A stretch of 64,000 nt of DNA from Nibricoccus sp. (lineage in GTDB: Bacteria; Verrucomicrobiota; Verrucomicrobiia; Opitutales; Opitutaceae), in contig JASGHG010000001.1 of NCBI GenBank assembly GCA_047602425.1, forward strand, positions 3,808,001 through 3,872,000, in the 5' to 3' direction. Below the pieces are notes generated by a model. It saw only the letters and a program-made list of their open reading frames with translations, did no database searches and was not told the origin of the DNA. Every line of letters begins with the position of its first letter. The first letter of the stretch is position 1. Positions 31,198-41,506 of this stretch are shown here, piece after piece. The translations under genes and the position numbers were made by a program.

Positions 31198-31311
31198 CGC
31201 TCGTGCCGGTTTACCGGCGCGCCTCCCGCCCCGCGGTTTGAGGCGAGGCGGAGCACCCGTCGCTCAACTTAAAAAAAGCGCAGAGGGATTTTCTCTCCCA
31301 GTCGGACTTTT

Positions 31312-31356
31312 AAAAAATTAAACGTGGAGGGGCTTCGCAGCACCTCCACGGTTTTT
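31312..31356. terminator. Probable bidirectional terminator
   Basis: A-run, cgtggagg...cctccacg hairpin, T-run; lies between convergent genes. Confidence 0.55.
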
Positions 31357-31380
31357 ACCCGAACAATTGATGAAGGGGGT

Positions 31381-32130
31381 TTAGAACACCCACGTTACGC
31401 CGCCCCGTGCGAGGTGGGTTTCCAAACGATCCAGATTGCAGGTGAGGTTGGGCATGCGGAAATCGGCGCCCTCGATGCTTTGATAGGCATAGCTGAAATC
31501 AAGCCGCAGCCGATCGATGATCTTAACCGAGATGCCCGCCGTGGCGCTCCAGGTGAAGCTGGTGGCGGTGTCGGATTGCGTTCTCGCGTAGGTGCTGCGT
31601 TTGAATTCCTTCCAAAGTTCGGACTCCATGCGCAACCTGGCATAACCAGCACCCGCACCTAAAAAGAAACGGACGCGTGCGTCGGTCTGGCCGAGGTACA
31701 AACGATAGTTGGCCATGATAGGGACGATGGCGAGCGCCGGCCGGTAGTCGGCGGCGATGTTTGTACCATTGCTGAGCTTCAGGAAGTCGCCATCGACGGT
31801 GAAATGTTCGGTGCTGGTCGGAAGGTCGAAATAATCGCCGTCGATGCGCAGGGTGGTGGTGCCGCGGGCGTCGTCCGGCCGATGGCCGCGAACCTCGGGT
31901 TCGGCCCAGGCGAGCACGCCAAGCGAGAGCGAGAGTTCATGCTGCGAAGCGGCATCCAAAGTCGAACCAACCGATATGCTGCCCGCTGCGCCGGCCTGAT
32001 CGTAGGGACTTTTTCCGGCGGCGACGATGCCGGCGTCTCCGCGGACAAACAGACGCTGGGCCGAGGCGGTGCCAGCCGTGGCCGCGAGGGAAAGGATTAA
32101 CAACGCAATTTTATTCAGGTGTGTTTTCAT
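31381..32130 (-). CDS. Outer-membrane beta-barrel protein (OmpW/OmpA-like)
   Basis: Signal peptide; VPIMANYRLY, FFLGAGAGYA, LDFSYAY; C-terminal GVTWVF. Confidence 0.8.
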   Translation of the reverse strand: MKTHLNKIALLILSLAATAGTASAQRLFVRGDAGIVAAGKSPYDQAGAAGSISVGSTLDAASQHELSLSLGVLAWAEPEVRGHRPDDARGTTTLRIDGDYFDLPTSTEHFTVDGDFLKLSNGTNIAADYRPALAIVPIMANYRLYLGQTDARVRFFLGAGAGYARLRMESELWKEFKRSTYARTQSDTATSFTWSATAGISVKIIDRLRLDFSYAYQSIEGADFRMPNLTCNLDRLETHLARGGVTWVF

Positions 32131-32274
32131 GTGAACACGCTGAACATAGCGATTCGCACGCGGGCTGTCTTGCCGCCGTCCATTGGTGGGCATTTTGGCG
32201 GATGGCTGGGTTAAACCGCGGGATGGATGGCGGCGCCATGCACCCCGAAGCCGCACGTGGGACTGTGTTGCCTC

Positions 32275-33255
32275 TTACTTTTGCGTGACGCCGGCTTCTT
32301 CGTAGACGCCGAGATGGCGGTAGCGTTCGTAGCGGGTATCGAGCAATTGCTCGGCCGAGAGCGCACGCAGGTCGTTCAAATGCTTGATCAGCGAATACCT
32401 GAGAGCCTCGGCGGATTGCTTGGGATCGTTATGGGCGCCGCCAAATGGTTCGGCAATGACCTCGTCGACCACGCCAAGTTTTTCGAGGTGATCGGCATTG
32501 AGCTTGAGAGCATCGGCCGCTTGCGGCGCGTTGGCACGGTCCTTCCAAAGAATGGCGGCGCAGCCCTCGGGCGAAATGACGGAGTAGTAACTGTTTTCGA
32601 AAATGAGCACGCGGTCGGTCACGCCGATGCCGAGCGCACCGCCGGACCCGCCTTCGCCGACGACGACACCGATGGACGGCACGCGCAGCATGGCCATTTC
32701 GCGAAGATTGATGGCGATGGCTTCAGAGACGTGGCGCTCTTCGGATTCGATGCCGGGGAAAGCTCCGGGCGTGTCGATGAAAGTGATGACGGGCAGGCCG
32801 AACTTTTCCGCGAGACGCATGAGACGCAGGGCTTTTCTATAACCTTCCGGTTGAGGCATACCGAAGTTGCGCAAGATGTTTTCCTTGGTGTCGCGGCCTT
32901 TTTGTTGCGCGACAATCATCACAGGCTGCCCTTCAAAAAACGCAGTGCCGCCGATCAAAGCGCGGTCATCGTTATACTGGCGGTCACCATGGAGCTCCTG
33001 GAAATTTTCGCAGAGCAACTCGACATAATCGAGCGCGTAGGGACGCTTCGGATGACGGGCGATTTGTACCTTTTGCCAGGGTGAGAGACTGGAATAAATT
33101 TCGCGCTGCGTGGCGGCGATCTTGCGCTCAATGGCGGCGATTTCGTCGGAAAGATCGAGTTTGTTTTCCTCGGAACGCTGCCGCAGTTGATCGAGCTGGG
33201 CACTGAGTTCGCGCAGCGGTTTTTCGAATTCTAGCGTGTAGATCGGTTTTTCCAT
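32275..33255 (-). CDS. accA: Acetyl-CoA carboxylase carboxyltransferase subunit alpha
   Basis: LEFEKP, WQKVQIARHPKRP, ELHGDR, NFGMPQPEGYRKALR, GEGGSGGALGI, SVISPEGCA. Confidence 0.97.
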   Translation of the reverse strand: MEKPIYTLEFEKPLRELSAQLDQLRQRSEENKLDLSDEIAAIERKIAATQREIYSSLSPWQKVQIARHPKRPYALDYVELLCENFQELHGDRQYNDDRALIGGTAFFEGQPVMIVAQQKGRDTKENILRNFGMPQPEGYRKALRLMRLAEKFGLPVITFIDTPGAFPGIESEERHVSEAIAINLREMAMLRVPSIGVVVGEGGSGGALGIGVTDRVLIFENSYYSVISPEGCAAILWKDRANAPQAADALKLNADHLEKLGVVDEVIAEPFGGAHNDPKQSAEALRYSLIKHLNDLRALSAEQLLDTRYERYRHLGVYEEAGVTQK

Positions 33256-33382
33256 TCGCGCGCAGGTTAATGGGCAGGGCCCGGGTGTCAAACAGCCGCG
33301 CGGCATGGGAATTCAGTTGGAGATTGTAATATCCAAACTGCCTGTCTCTAAATATGCTAAATACCCAAAACAACTATTTCCC

Positions 33383-33961
33383 ATGATCGACCAACTATCC
33401 AGCTGGTGGGGCGGTTTAACGGATGCGCAGCAGGTTTTTTACGGCATCGGGCTCCTGGCCGGCCTTGTTTCGGTCATTCTGGCTGCGCTCGCTTTCCTTG
33501 GCATGGAACATCACGACGCGGTGGACGCGGTCGGCGCCGACTTCGATCATGGCGGCGGCGGCATCTTTTCGGTAAAACCGCTGACCGGTTTCTTCCTAGG
33601 CTTTGGTTGGGCGGGCGGGTTGGCATTAAAGGCTGGTTTGATTTTGCCGATGGCGGTTGTCGTGGCAATGGCTTCCGGCGGTACAATCATGGGACTGATC
33701 ATCCTGATGTTTCGCGCGATCTACTCGATGCGCAGCGACGGCACGATGCGTCCGGAGGAAACCGTGGGCGCGATTGGCACCGTTTATGTGACTCTGCCTC
33801 CGGCCCGCGCCGCAGGCGGGCAGGTGATTGTGAATTTTTCCGGCCGACAGGAGACGTTTTCGGCGCTCAACACCAGCGATCGTCTGCTTCCCAGTGGCGA
33901 AAAGATCAAGGTCGTGCAGGTCATCGATTCACGCACGCTCCTCGTCGAACCATTGGCCTGA
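33383..33961 (+). CDS. NfeD-like membrane protein (flotillin partner)
   Basis: TM segments, FFLGFGWAG, C-terminal OB-like GTVYVTLPP...GQV...LLVEP. Confidence 0.8.
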   Translation: MIDQLSSWWGGLTDAQQVFYGIGLLAGLVSVILAALAFLGMEHHDAVDAVGADFDHGGGGIFSVKPLTGFFLGFGWAGGLALKAGLILPMAVVVAMASGGTIMGLIILMFRAIYSMRSDGTMRPEETVGAIGTVYVTLPPARAAGGQVIVNFSGRQETFSALNTSDRLLPSGEKIKVVQVIDSRTLLVEPLA

Positions 33962-34003
33962 TACAGATCGGGCGGAGTTTTTTTATCCAGCTTATTGAAT
34001 CCC

Positions 34004-35509
34004 ATGAATATTGTACCAATCGCACTCATTGCATTCGGAGTTATATTTATTTTTATCATAGCGACGACCTTGATCGCGCGCTATCGCATGTGTCCACCGG
34101 ACCGGATATTGGTGGTGTACGGCAAACTCTCCAACGGCCTTTCGTCGCGTTGCTACCACGGCGGTTCGACCTTCGTTATACCGTTCTTCCAGAGCTACGG
34201 TTACCTCGACCTGACGCCAATGAATCTGGAGATCGAACTCAAGGGTGCGCTCTCCAGCCAGAACATCCGTATCGATGCGCCAGCCGCATTTACAATCGGT
34301 ATATCGACCGATCCGGAGGTGATGCAAAACGCGGCTACGCGTTTGCTCGGTCGCAACCTCGACGAAGTGCAGCAACTCGCTTCCGAAATCATCATGGGCC
34401 AGATGCGCGTGGTCTTCGCCTCGATGACGATCGAGGAAATCAACAACGACCGCGAAAAACTGATCGCTGCCATCACCAAGGGCGTGGAGGTCGAACTCCA
34501 TAAAATCGGCCTACGGATGATCAACGGCAACATTCGCGACATCAAAGATCTTTCTGGCTATATCGATGCGTTGGGCAAGGAAGCCGCGGCCAAGGCAATC
34601 AACGATGCGCAGATCAAGGTCGCGCAGGAAAATCAGCGCGGCGCGATCGGTCGAGCCGAAGCCGAGCGCGAGCAGGCCATTCGCGTGGCCACGGCCCAGG
34701 CCGAGGCGCGCAAGGGCCAGAATACCGCACAGGTCGTTATCGCCAAATCCGATGCCGATCTTGCCTCCGAGCAGGCTGAAGCCAAGCGCCGTGTCGAGGC
34801 CGCGCAAAAAGTCGCCGAGGCCCGCGCTTTGCAGGAAGGTTACAAGGCACAGCAGGAAGCCGAACTCGCCCGCGCTTCGCGCGAAAAAGCGCAGCAGCAG
34901 GCCGATCAAATTGTGAAGGCGGAAATCGAAAAGGAACGCATCCGCATCGATGCCGAAGCGAAGGCCGCACAGGCGAAGATCATGCAGGAAGGCCAGTCGG
35001 CCGCGTACGTTATCCAAAAGGAAGCTGAAGGCGAAGGCGCGAAACGCCTCGCGGAAGGCGAGGCAGCGGGTATCCGGGCCAAACTTACAGCGGAGGCTTC
35101 CGGTATTCAGGCGAAACTCACCGCCGAAGCCGAAGGCACGCGCGCGCTGCTCGATGCGAAGTCACAAGGTTTCGAAAAACTGCTGCGAGTCGCACAGGAC
35201 ACCAGCGGCGCCACGCAGCTGCTCATTGCGGAAAACATCGTGCGCATCGCCGAAATTCAGGCCGGTGCGATCAAGGGACTGCAGTTTGAGAAGGTGGTCG
35301 TGATGGGTGGCAGTGGCGCTCAGGCGGCGGGTCCCGGACAATTTGTGCAGGACCTTTATAAGGGTGTTTTGCCGATCAACGAACTGGCAAAGAGCGTGGG
35401 ACTTAACCTACCAGCTTTTTTGGGTAACACCAACTCAGCGAGCCCGGCCGCCGGATCAACGGAGTCCCATGCACCGTCGAGCCAGGAGGGAACCAAAAGC
35501 AAAGCCTAA
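34004..35509 (+). CDS. SPFH/flotillin family protein
   Basis: N-terminal TM, ILVVYGK, GQMRVVFASMTIEEINNDR, GYIDALGK, long AEA-rich coiled coil. Confidence 0.93.
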   Translation: MNIVPIALIAFGVIFIFIIATTLIARYRMCPPDRILVVYGKLSNGLSSRCYHGGSTFVIPFFQSYGYLDLTPMNLEIELKGALSSQNIRIDAPAAFTIGISTDPEVMQNAATRLLGRNLDEVQQLASEIIMGQMRVVFASMTIEEINNDREKLIAAITKGVEVELHKIGLRMINGNIRDIKDLSGYIDALGKEAAAKAINDAQIKVAQENQRGAIGRAEAEREQAIRVATAQAEARKGQNTAQVVIAKSDADLASEQAEAKRRVEAAQKVAEARALQEGYKAQQEAELARASREKAQQQADQIVKAEIEKERIRIDAEAKAAQAKIMQEGQSAAYVIQKEAEGEGAKRLAEGEAAGIRAKLTAEASGIQAKLTAEAEGTRALLDAKSQGFEKLLRVAQDTSGATQLLIAENIVRIAEIQAGAIKGLQFEKVVVMGGSGAQAAGPGQFVQDLYKGVLPINELAKSVGLNLPAFLGNTNSASPAAGSTESHAPSSQEGTKSKA

Positions 35510-35533
35510 TTGGCCTTAAACTTTTAAAGAGCG

Positions 35534-35563
35534 AAGCCCGTTGCGTTTGCAGCGGGCTTTTTT
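35534..35563 (+). terminator. Rho-independent terminator
   Basis: aagcccgttgc-gttt-gcagcgggctt followed by T run. Confidence 0.8.
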
Positions 35564-35650
35564 ATTCAGCACGCGCGGAAAGTTGCGCTTTGGCTGGGTG
35601 TCAGGCGTTGGAGGCTTGAGTCAGGGCTGGCGGTTTGTGAGGATCGCGAC

Positions 35651-37537
35651 GTGATTTCCCCCAATGATTGGCTTTTGAGCCCAAGGCGCGACTTTCTCGG
35701 ACAAGCGTTGTTTGTTTTGCTGGCGGTATTGATTGGGTGCGTTTTGCCGGCACATCTATCGGCCGCGCCGCAGTGGCGTGTGCTGGAAACACCGAGATTC
35801 ACCGTGGTTTCCCAACTTTCCGAAAGAGAAACGCGGGCGTGGGCGGAGGAGTTCAACCAGTTCATAGATGCATTGAGCCAGGTCATCACGGTCAACGAAA
35901 AGCTCCTGCCTCGACTCACGGTGGTGATGTTTGCGAAGGAAAAAGATTTTCGCGGTTATCTCCCCAAGAATCTGGAAAAGAAGCATGAGAAGATCTCGGG
36001 ATTTTTCACGCGATTCGAGACTTGGGGCGTTATTGGCATGAAAGATTTGAGTGAGGATGCCGACACCCGCGAAACAATTTATCACGAAGGCGTTCACTGG
36101 ATGCTAAGCGCTTTTTCGAAGAAAATTCCCCTTTGTATCAACGAGGGTTTGGCTGAGGTGTTTTCATCGTTTCAAGCGGTCAAGGGCGAAGCGCAGTGGG
36201 GGCAGCCGATTCCCAGCCGTTTGGCGCGGTTGCACGGTTCGGGAAGCCAGCTCATTTCAACCAAGGAGCTCCTGCATGCCACGCCGGATGGGCAAAATTA
36301 CAACGAGGAAGACCGGGTCAGCGTCTTTTACGCGAAGTCGTGGCTTTTGGTGCATTACATGATGTTTGGCAAACGCGAGGGCGCGCGGTCCGCCTTGAAC
36401 GATTTTCTCAATGCGAATTCAGGCGACCTGTCGCTGGACGAAGCTTTTGAAAAGGGGTTTGGAATGAAGTACGAGAAGATGGACCTCGAACTTGGGAAGT
36501 ATCTCCGCGACGGGAAATATAGTCTGGGCATGCAGAAGTTCGACTCCCACGGGAAACTCCAGGGGGCGTTTTTACCCGCGTCGCAGGCTGAAGTGGAAAT
36601 AGCACTGGCAAAGCTGGCGAGCGCAGCGGGACGCCAGGAAGCGGGCTTGGCTCATGCCGAGGCGGCTATTCGCCTCGCTCCGGGCAAACCAGAGTGTTGG
36701 GACACGCTGGCTGGTTTGCAAAGCATCAGCAGCGAGGAAGGCGGTTATGAAGCCGCCAAAAAGGCGGTGGTGCTTGGTTCGAAAGACGCGATGAGCTACA
36801 TCATTGTCACGCAACAACGGACGCAGCTCGCGGCTGCCGCCGGAGATATACCGGACAACGAGACGCGGGAGATTGCCGATCACTTGGAGAAGGGCATCGC
36901 GGTGAACCCGTATTACCAGAGGTTCTATCGTTCGCTTGCGAGAACCATGGCGAACCTCAAACGGTACACGGACGCCGACGTGCAAGCACTGCAACAAGGG
37001 CTCACTTTTTTTCCGAATGAACCCATCCTCTATGTGGGTTTGGCGTATATTGCGGATGGCTCTGGCGACAGCGCGACGGCGTGGAAACTCCTTTCACGAG
37101 CGCTGGCCAATCGCGAGAAACTGGATGCGCGCGATTGGGGCATAGCCCAGGACCTGAAAAAACGTTGGATCTTGAACGATGTTAAAGTCCGGATCGCCCC
37201 CATGGCGGAACGTGGCAAAGCCAGGGAGGCGCTGGAGATGGTGGATAGTTATATGAAGGACCCCGACGCGGGCAGTTCGCTCCGGGAAGAACTGCAAACC
37301 CTGCGCGAACCTATGGCCCTGCGTGCCAAATATGCTCGGGCCCAGGAAGCGATCAAAGGGGGACGCCGGGACGAGGCGCGCGAGCTCTTGGAGGAAGTGG
37401 CGCAAGCCGCTAAATCGACGTACCAACTCAAGCTGGACGCATGCGATCAGATTATGTTGTTGGATAAAATTGAGGCGAACGAGCGAAAGCAGAAGCGGGA
37501 GGCGGCTGAACGTGAACCTCGGGCGGGAGGAGGATAA
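35651..37537 (+). CDS. Secreted gluzincin-like (DUF1570/peptidase MA-like) protein with TPR-like C-terminus
   Basis: TIYHEGVHW...PLCINEGLAE, FYAKSWLLVHY; helical repeats downstream. Confidence 0.7.
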   Translation: MISPNDWLLSPRRDFLGQALFVLLAVLIGCVLPAHLSAAPQWRVLETPRFTVVSQLSERETRAWAEEFNQFIDALSQVITVNEKLLPRLTVVMFAKEKDFRGYLPKNLEKKHEKISGFFTRFETWGVIGMKDLSEDADTRETIYHEGVHWMLSAFSKKIPLCINEGLAEVFSSFQAVKGEAQWGQPIPSRLARLHGSGSQLISTKELLHATPDGQNYNEEDRVSVFYAKSWLLVHYMMFGKREGARSALNDFLNANSGDLSLDEAFEKGFGMKYEKMDLELGKYLRDGKYSLGMQKFDSHGKLQGAFLPASQAEVEIALAKLASAAGRQEAGLAHAEAAIRLAPGKPECWDTLAGLQSISSEEGGYEAAKKAVVLGSKDAMSYIIVTQQRTQLAAAAGDIPDNETREIADHLEKGIAVNPYYQRFYRSLARTMANLKRYTDADVQALQQGLTFFPNEPILYVGLAYIADGSGDSATAWKLLSRALANREKLDARDWGIAQDLKKRWILNDVKVRIAPMAERGKAREALEMVDSYMKDPDAGSSLREELQTLREPMALRAKYARAQEAIKGGRRDEARELLEEVAQAAKSTYQLKLDACDQIMLLDKIEANERKQKREAAEREPRAGGG

Positions 37538-37557
37538 ACATCTTGTCCATTGGAAAT

Positions 37558-37587
37558 AAAAAAGGCGCCGCATGCATGCGGCGCCTT
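37558..37587 (-). terminator. Rho-independent terminator of the cyclophilin gene
   Basis: A-run then aaggcgccgcatgcatgcggcgcctt palindrome. Confidence 0.7.
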
Positions 37588-37619
37588 GGGTGAAAGGGGT
37601 GGTTAGGGTTTTGCTGGCC

Positions 37620-38132
37620 TCAGGCGGCGGGGACGATGCGGATGCTTTCGATGGCCACCCGTTCGATCGGCGTGCTGCGTTCCGGGCCGGAGCAGGGGAC
37701 GGTGGCGAGACGTTCGAGGACGTCGTCACCGGCGGTGAGCTGACCGAAAGCGGTATACTGCTTGTCGAGGAAACGTGCGTCGCCGTGGCAGATGAAGAAC
37801 TGGCTGCCAGCGGAATCCGGGTGAGCTGAACGGGCCATCGAGACAACGCCGCGCACGTGGGGCTTGGCGTTGAATTCGGCTTTGATCTGGTAGCCGGGAC
37901 CACCGGTGCCGGGCATGCCTTTGCCGCCGACCTTGGTGTTGGGGCAGCCGCCTTGGATCATGAAGCCTTTGATGATGCGGTGAAACGCCGTGCCGTCATA
38001 AAAACCTTCACGGGCGAGTTTCTTGAAGTTTTCAACTGTCTTGGGAGCGACGTCGGGCCAGAAGGCGAGGGTGATTTCGCCATAGGCGGTTTTGATAATC
38101 GCAGTTTCGTTGGCAGTGGCGGGTGTACTCAT
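37620..38132 (-). CDS. Cyclophilin-type peptidyl-prolyl cis-trans isomerase
   Basis: APKTVENF, FYDGTAFHRIIKGFMIQGG, SMAR...SAGSQFFI, LDKQYTAFG. Confidence 0.95.
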   Translation of the reverse strand: MSTPATANETAIIKTAYGEITLAFWPDVAPKTVENFKKLAREGFYDGTAFHRIIKGFMIQGGCPNTKVGGKGMPGTGGPGYQIKAEFNAKPHVRGVVSMARSAHPDSAGSQFFICHGDARFLDKQYTAFGQLTAGDDVLERLATVPCSGPERSTPIERVAIESIRIVPAA

Positions 38133-38235
38133 AAAGGTGCGAACAAGGCCCGGGAAACGTTTTCGCGCAAGCAGATTTCCGCCATTGCCCCGCGCGGGTC
38201 GACCTGCCACAGATGTCCGCGCTTATCGTTTTCCC

Positions 38236-39675
38236 ATGGTCTACTTCCTGATCGGCGCAGTCATCGGTGCCTTCGCCATCTTTCTCTTTTATTTCCGCGC
38301 CCAGCGACAACTGGAGCGATTGCACGCGGAGAAACAGGTCGTGGCCCAGCAGACGCAAATCGTGGTGGAATTTATTCATCACATGGCCGAGGCGCTCGGT
38401 GAGAATCCCCGCAGAGAAGAGCTTTACCAGCGCATTGTGCACGCGTCGATTTTGTGCACCGGGGCGCTCAGCGCATGCATTTTTGAGCGAAGATCAGATA
38501 ACACGATGCGGGGCGCGGCGTTGGAGGGGCTTTTCCCGCCGCACCGTCCGCTGCCGACTTCGGTGAAAGATAAGCTGACTTCGCGCGCGAAGTTCATTGA
38601 GCAGGTTTTGAAGTCCGAAACGTTTCCCGTGGGCGAAGGCGTGGTGGGCCGCGTCGCGGAAACCGGCAAGGCCGAACTCATCGTCGACGCAGCCAGCGAT
38701 CCGCGCGTGGTGAAACACGACGATCCGGCTTTGCAGGTGAAGTCGGTGATCGCGGTGCCGCTGACCTTTCGCGACCGCTTTTTCGGCGTGCTGGCGGTGA
38801 CGAATCCGGCCGACGGCATTCCTTTCAACTCCGTCGATTTTTCCCTCGTGCAATCGCTCGCCGAGCAAGCCGCGCTCGCCCTGCACAACGCCGACCACCT
38901 GAGCTACCAGATCGAAAAGAAGCAGCTCGACATGGATCTCTCTCTGGCGAGTGGTATTCAGCAAATGCTGCTGCCGCGCGAGGCACCGCGAATCAAAGGC
39001 TTCCAAGTCGATGCGCGCTACGTCCCTGAGCAACAAGTGGGCGGCGACTTCTACGATTTATTTGCGCTTTCCGACACACGTCTTGGCGTGGCGGTGGCTG
39101 ACGTATCAGGAAAAGGAATACCGGCGTCACTACTCATGGCGATTTGCCGCACGAATCTCCGACAGATCGCGCCGCGTTTCGAGTCTCCCGCGCGAGTATT
39201 GTCGGAGCTCAATCACGTGTTGAGCGGCGAACTGCGCAAGGATCTCTATATTACGATCACGTATGCGGTGATCGATGCGGCGGAAAACGAAGTGATTTTT
39301 GCCCGTGCGGGCCATGAGTTGCCGCTCTTCATCCGGCATCTGGCCGCGGGCGCGGGCTTGTCGTCTGACTTCGTGGGCGCCGAAGGCATGCCGCTTGGCT
39401 TGGTCGAACCGGAACTTTTCGACGCAGTGATTACGGACCGGCGGGAACCGCTCGGGCCGGGCGACGTGTTTATTCTCTATACCGATGGCATCACGGAAGC
39501 GCCCAACAACGAGGGTCGCGAGTTTTCCGGCGTTCGCCTCTCAGAACGTGTGCGCAGCATTTACACACGCACGGCCAGCCAGATCAACGACGGCATCTTC
39601 GACGCCGTTCGCCGCTTCTCCGGCGGAGCCACGCAACGCGACGATATGACCGTGGTGACCGTCAAACGCGTTTAG
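38236..39675 (+). CDS. GAF-domain SpoIIE/PP2C (RsbU-like) protein phosphatase
   Basis: N-terminal TM; GAF (GEGVVGRVA, SVIAVPL); VGGDFYD, ADVSGKG, RAGH, YTDGITEA, DDMT. Confidence 0.92.
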   Translation: MVYFLIGAVIGAFAIFLFYFRAQRQLERLHAEKQVVAQQTQIVVEFIHHMAEALGENPRREELYQRIVHASILCTGALSACIFERRSDNTMRGAALEGLFPPHRPLPTSVKDKLTSRAKFIEQVLKSETFPVGEGVVGRVAETGKAELIVDAASDPRVVKHDDPALQVKSVIAVPLTFRDRFFGVLAVTNPADGIPFNSVDFSLVQSLAEQAALALHNADHLSYQIEKKQLDMDLSLASGIQQMLLPREAPRIKGFQVDARYVPEQQVGGDFYDLFALSDTRLGVAVADVSGKGIPASLLMAICRTNLRQIAPRFESPARVLSELNHVLSGELRKDLYITITYAVIDAAENEVIFARAGHELPLFIRHLAAGAGLSSDFVGAEGMPLGLVEPELFDAVITDRREPLGPGDVFILYTDGITEAPNNEGREFSGVRLSERVRSIYTRTASQINDGIFDAVRRFSGGATQRDDMTVVTVKRV

Positions 39676-39789
39676 GGTTAGGTTGACCGTTGCTCTTTTA
39701 GCTGTGCCCGTCGCTCGCTACGCCCACTGACAGGAAGCCTGCAAAAGCGGTTTGCCTCTGCGCTCAGTGGGCCTTCAGTGTTTCCGCTC

Positions 39790-41013
39790 ATGTCAAAAGC
39801 TCCTGTTTCCAAGATCGATCGTTTCTCACTCCCTGACGCGACTGGCCATTTTGGCGTGTACGGCGGCATCTACGTGCCCGAGACGCTCATGACCGCTTTG
39901 CAGGAGCTCGATCAAGCCTATGAAGCGGCCAAGATTGATCCCCAATTTCAGGCCGAACTGAGCCATCACCTCAAAGAATTCGCCGGACGGCCCACCGAGC
40001 TTTATTTTGCCGAACGTCTGACGAACCACATTGGTGGGGCAAAAATCTATTTCAAACGCGAAGACCTGCTTCACACCGGCGCGCATAAAATCAACAACGC
40101 CCTTGCGCAGGTTTTGCTCGCCCGCCGTATGGGCAAGAAACGCATCATCGCCGAAACGGGTGCCGGCCAGCATGGCGTCGCCACGGCGGCGGCGTGCGCG
40201 AAGTTTGGACTCGAATGCGTCGTCTACATGGGCGCGGTCGACATGGAACGGCAGGCGTTGAATGTTTTTCGCATGCGGCTGATGGGCGCCGAAGTTCGCG
40301 CAGTCGAGGCCGGCCAGAAAACTCTGAAGGAAGCGGTCAACGAGGCCCTGCGCGACTGGGTCACCAACGTCCGCAACACGCACTACGTGCTAGGCACGGC
40401 GTACGGCCCGCATCCATACCCGAAAATGGTGCGCGATTTTCACCGCGTTATCAGTCTGGAGGCGAAGGAACAAATCCTCGCGCGTGAAGGCCGTCTGCCC
40501 GACGAACTCATTGCTTGCGTCGGCGGTGGCAGCAATGCCATTGGCCTCTTCTTCGAATTTCTCGAAGACACGCAGATTCGCATGACCGGCGTCGAAGCGG
40601 GCGGTCGCGGCATCAAGCGCGGCGAGCATGCCGCGCGTTTTGCCGGTGGGCGTTTGGGTGTGTTGCAAGGCTGCAAAACCTATTTGTTGCAGGACGCCGA
40701 TGGTCAAATCGAACCGACCCACTCGGTATCGGCAGGCCTCGATTACGCGGCCGTTGGACCCGAGCACGCGTTTTATCACGAACGTGGCCGGATCGATTTC
40801 GCTTATGCCACCGACGACGAAGTGCTCGCGGCTTTCCAACTCTGCTCGCGCCTCGAAGGCATTATTCCTGCGCTCGAGTCGACCCACGGACTCGCCTACG
40901 CGTTGAAGCGCGCGAAAGAATTACCCAAAGACAAAATCATCATCGCGAGCCTGAGCGGACGCGGGGACAAAGACGTTCAGCAAGTCCAAGTGATGCTCAG
41001 TCGGAAAAGCTGA
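39790..41013 (+). CDS. trpB: Tryptophan synthase beta subunit
   Basis: [63 protein letters not shown]. Confidence 0.97.
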   Translation: MSKAPVSKIDRFSLPDATGHFGVYGGIYVPETLMTALQELDQAYEAAKIDPQFQAELSHHLKEFAGRPTELYFAERLTNHIGGAKIYFKREDLLHTGAHKINNALAQVLLARRMGKKRIIAETGAGQHGVATAAACAKFGLECVVYMGAVDMERQALNVFRMRLMGAEVRAVEAGQKTLKEAVNEALRDWVTNVRNTHYVLGTAYGPHPYPKMVRDFHRVISLEAKEQILAREGRLPDELIACVGGGSNAIGLFFEFLEDTQIRMTGVEAGGRGIKRGEHAARFAGGRLGVLQGCKTYLLQDADGQIEPTHSVSAGLDYAAVGPEHAFYHERGRIDFAYATDDEVLAAFQLCSRLEGIIPALESTHGLAYALKRAKELPKDKIIIASLSGRGDKDVQQVQVMLSRKS

Positions 41014-41015
41014 GC

Positions 41016-41482
41016 AAAAATCCCAAAGGCCAAAGGTCCAAACTCCAAAAAATAGTCAATGAGTGAAAAACCAAAGGACTTGGAGGCGAGGACTGAGGAG
41101 TTTGCGGTGGCAGTCAGAACGTTTGTGCGGCGGTTGCCTCGGACCATTTCGAATCTCGAGGACGTCAAACAATTGATCCGTGCGTCTGGTTCGGTTGCGG
41201 CCAACTGCATCGAGGCCAACGAAGCGCTTGGTGATAAAGATCGGGTGATGAAATTTCGCATTTGCCGAAAAGAGGCAAAGGAAAGTCAGCTTTGGCTCCG
41301 ACTTGTCGATTGCAGCGCCGATGCAGCGTTGGACAAGACACGGGCGGAACTTCGCCAAGAGGCACATGAATTGAAGCTCATTTTTTCAGCCATTGTGAAG
41401 AAACTGGAGTGACAATTGGCCTTTTAACGTCGGCGTTTTCCGGTCTTTTTTGGCGTTTGGAATTTTGGAGTTTGTGATTTTT
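41016..41482. repeat. 37-bp inverted repeats of CCAAA-based ~7-mer units flanking the four-helix-bundle gene
   Basis: 41016-41052 aaaaatcccaaaggccaaaggtccaaactccaaaaaa vs reverse complement of 41446-41482 aaaaatcacaaactccaaaattccaaacgccaaaaaa (31/37). Confidence 0.85.
41059..41412 (+). CDS. Four helix bundle protein (23S rRNA IVP-like family)
   Basis: DLEART..FA, KQLIRASGSVAANCIEA, ICRKEAKESQLWLRL, EAHELKLIFSAI. Confidence 0.9.
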   Translation: MSEKPKDLEARTEEFAVAVRTFVRRLPRTISNLEDVKQLIRASGSVAANCIEANEALGDKDRVMKFRICRKEAKESQLWLRLVDCSADAALDKTRAELRQEAHELKLIFSAIVKKLE

Positions 41483-41506
41483 CATGAATGAAATGGAGTT
41501 TCATTC

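Noticed and set aside
33383..35509. NfeD-flotillin pair as a novel system
   Set aside because: Well-known conserved operon (yqiJ-yqiK / yuaF-floT type)
41059..41412. Diversity-generating retroelement (Avd-like gene)
   Set aside because: No reverse transcriptase and no template/variable repeat pair seen in the window
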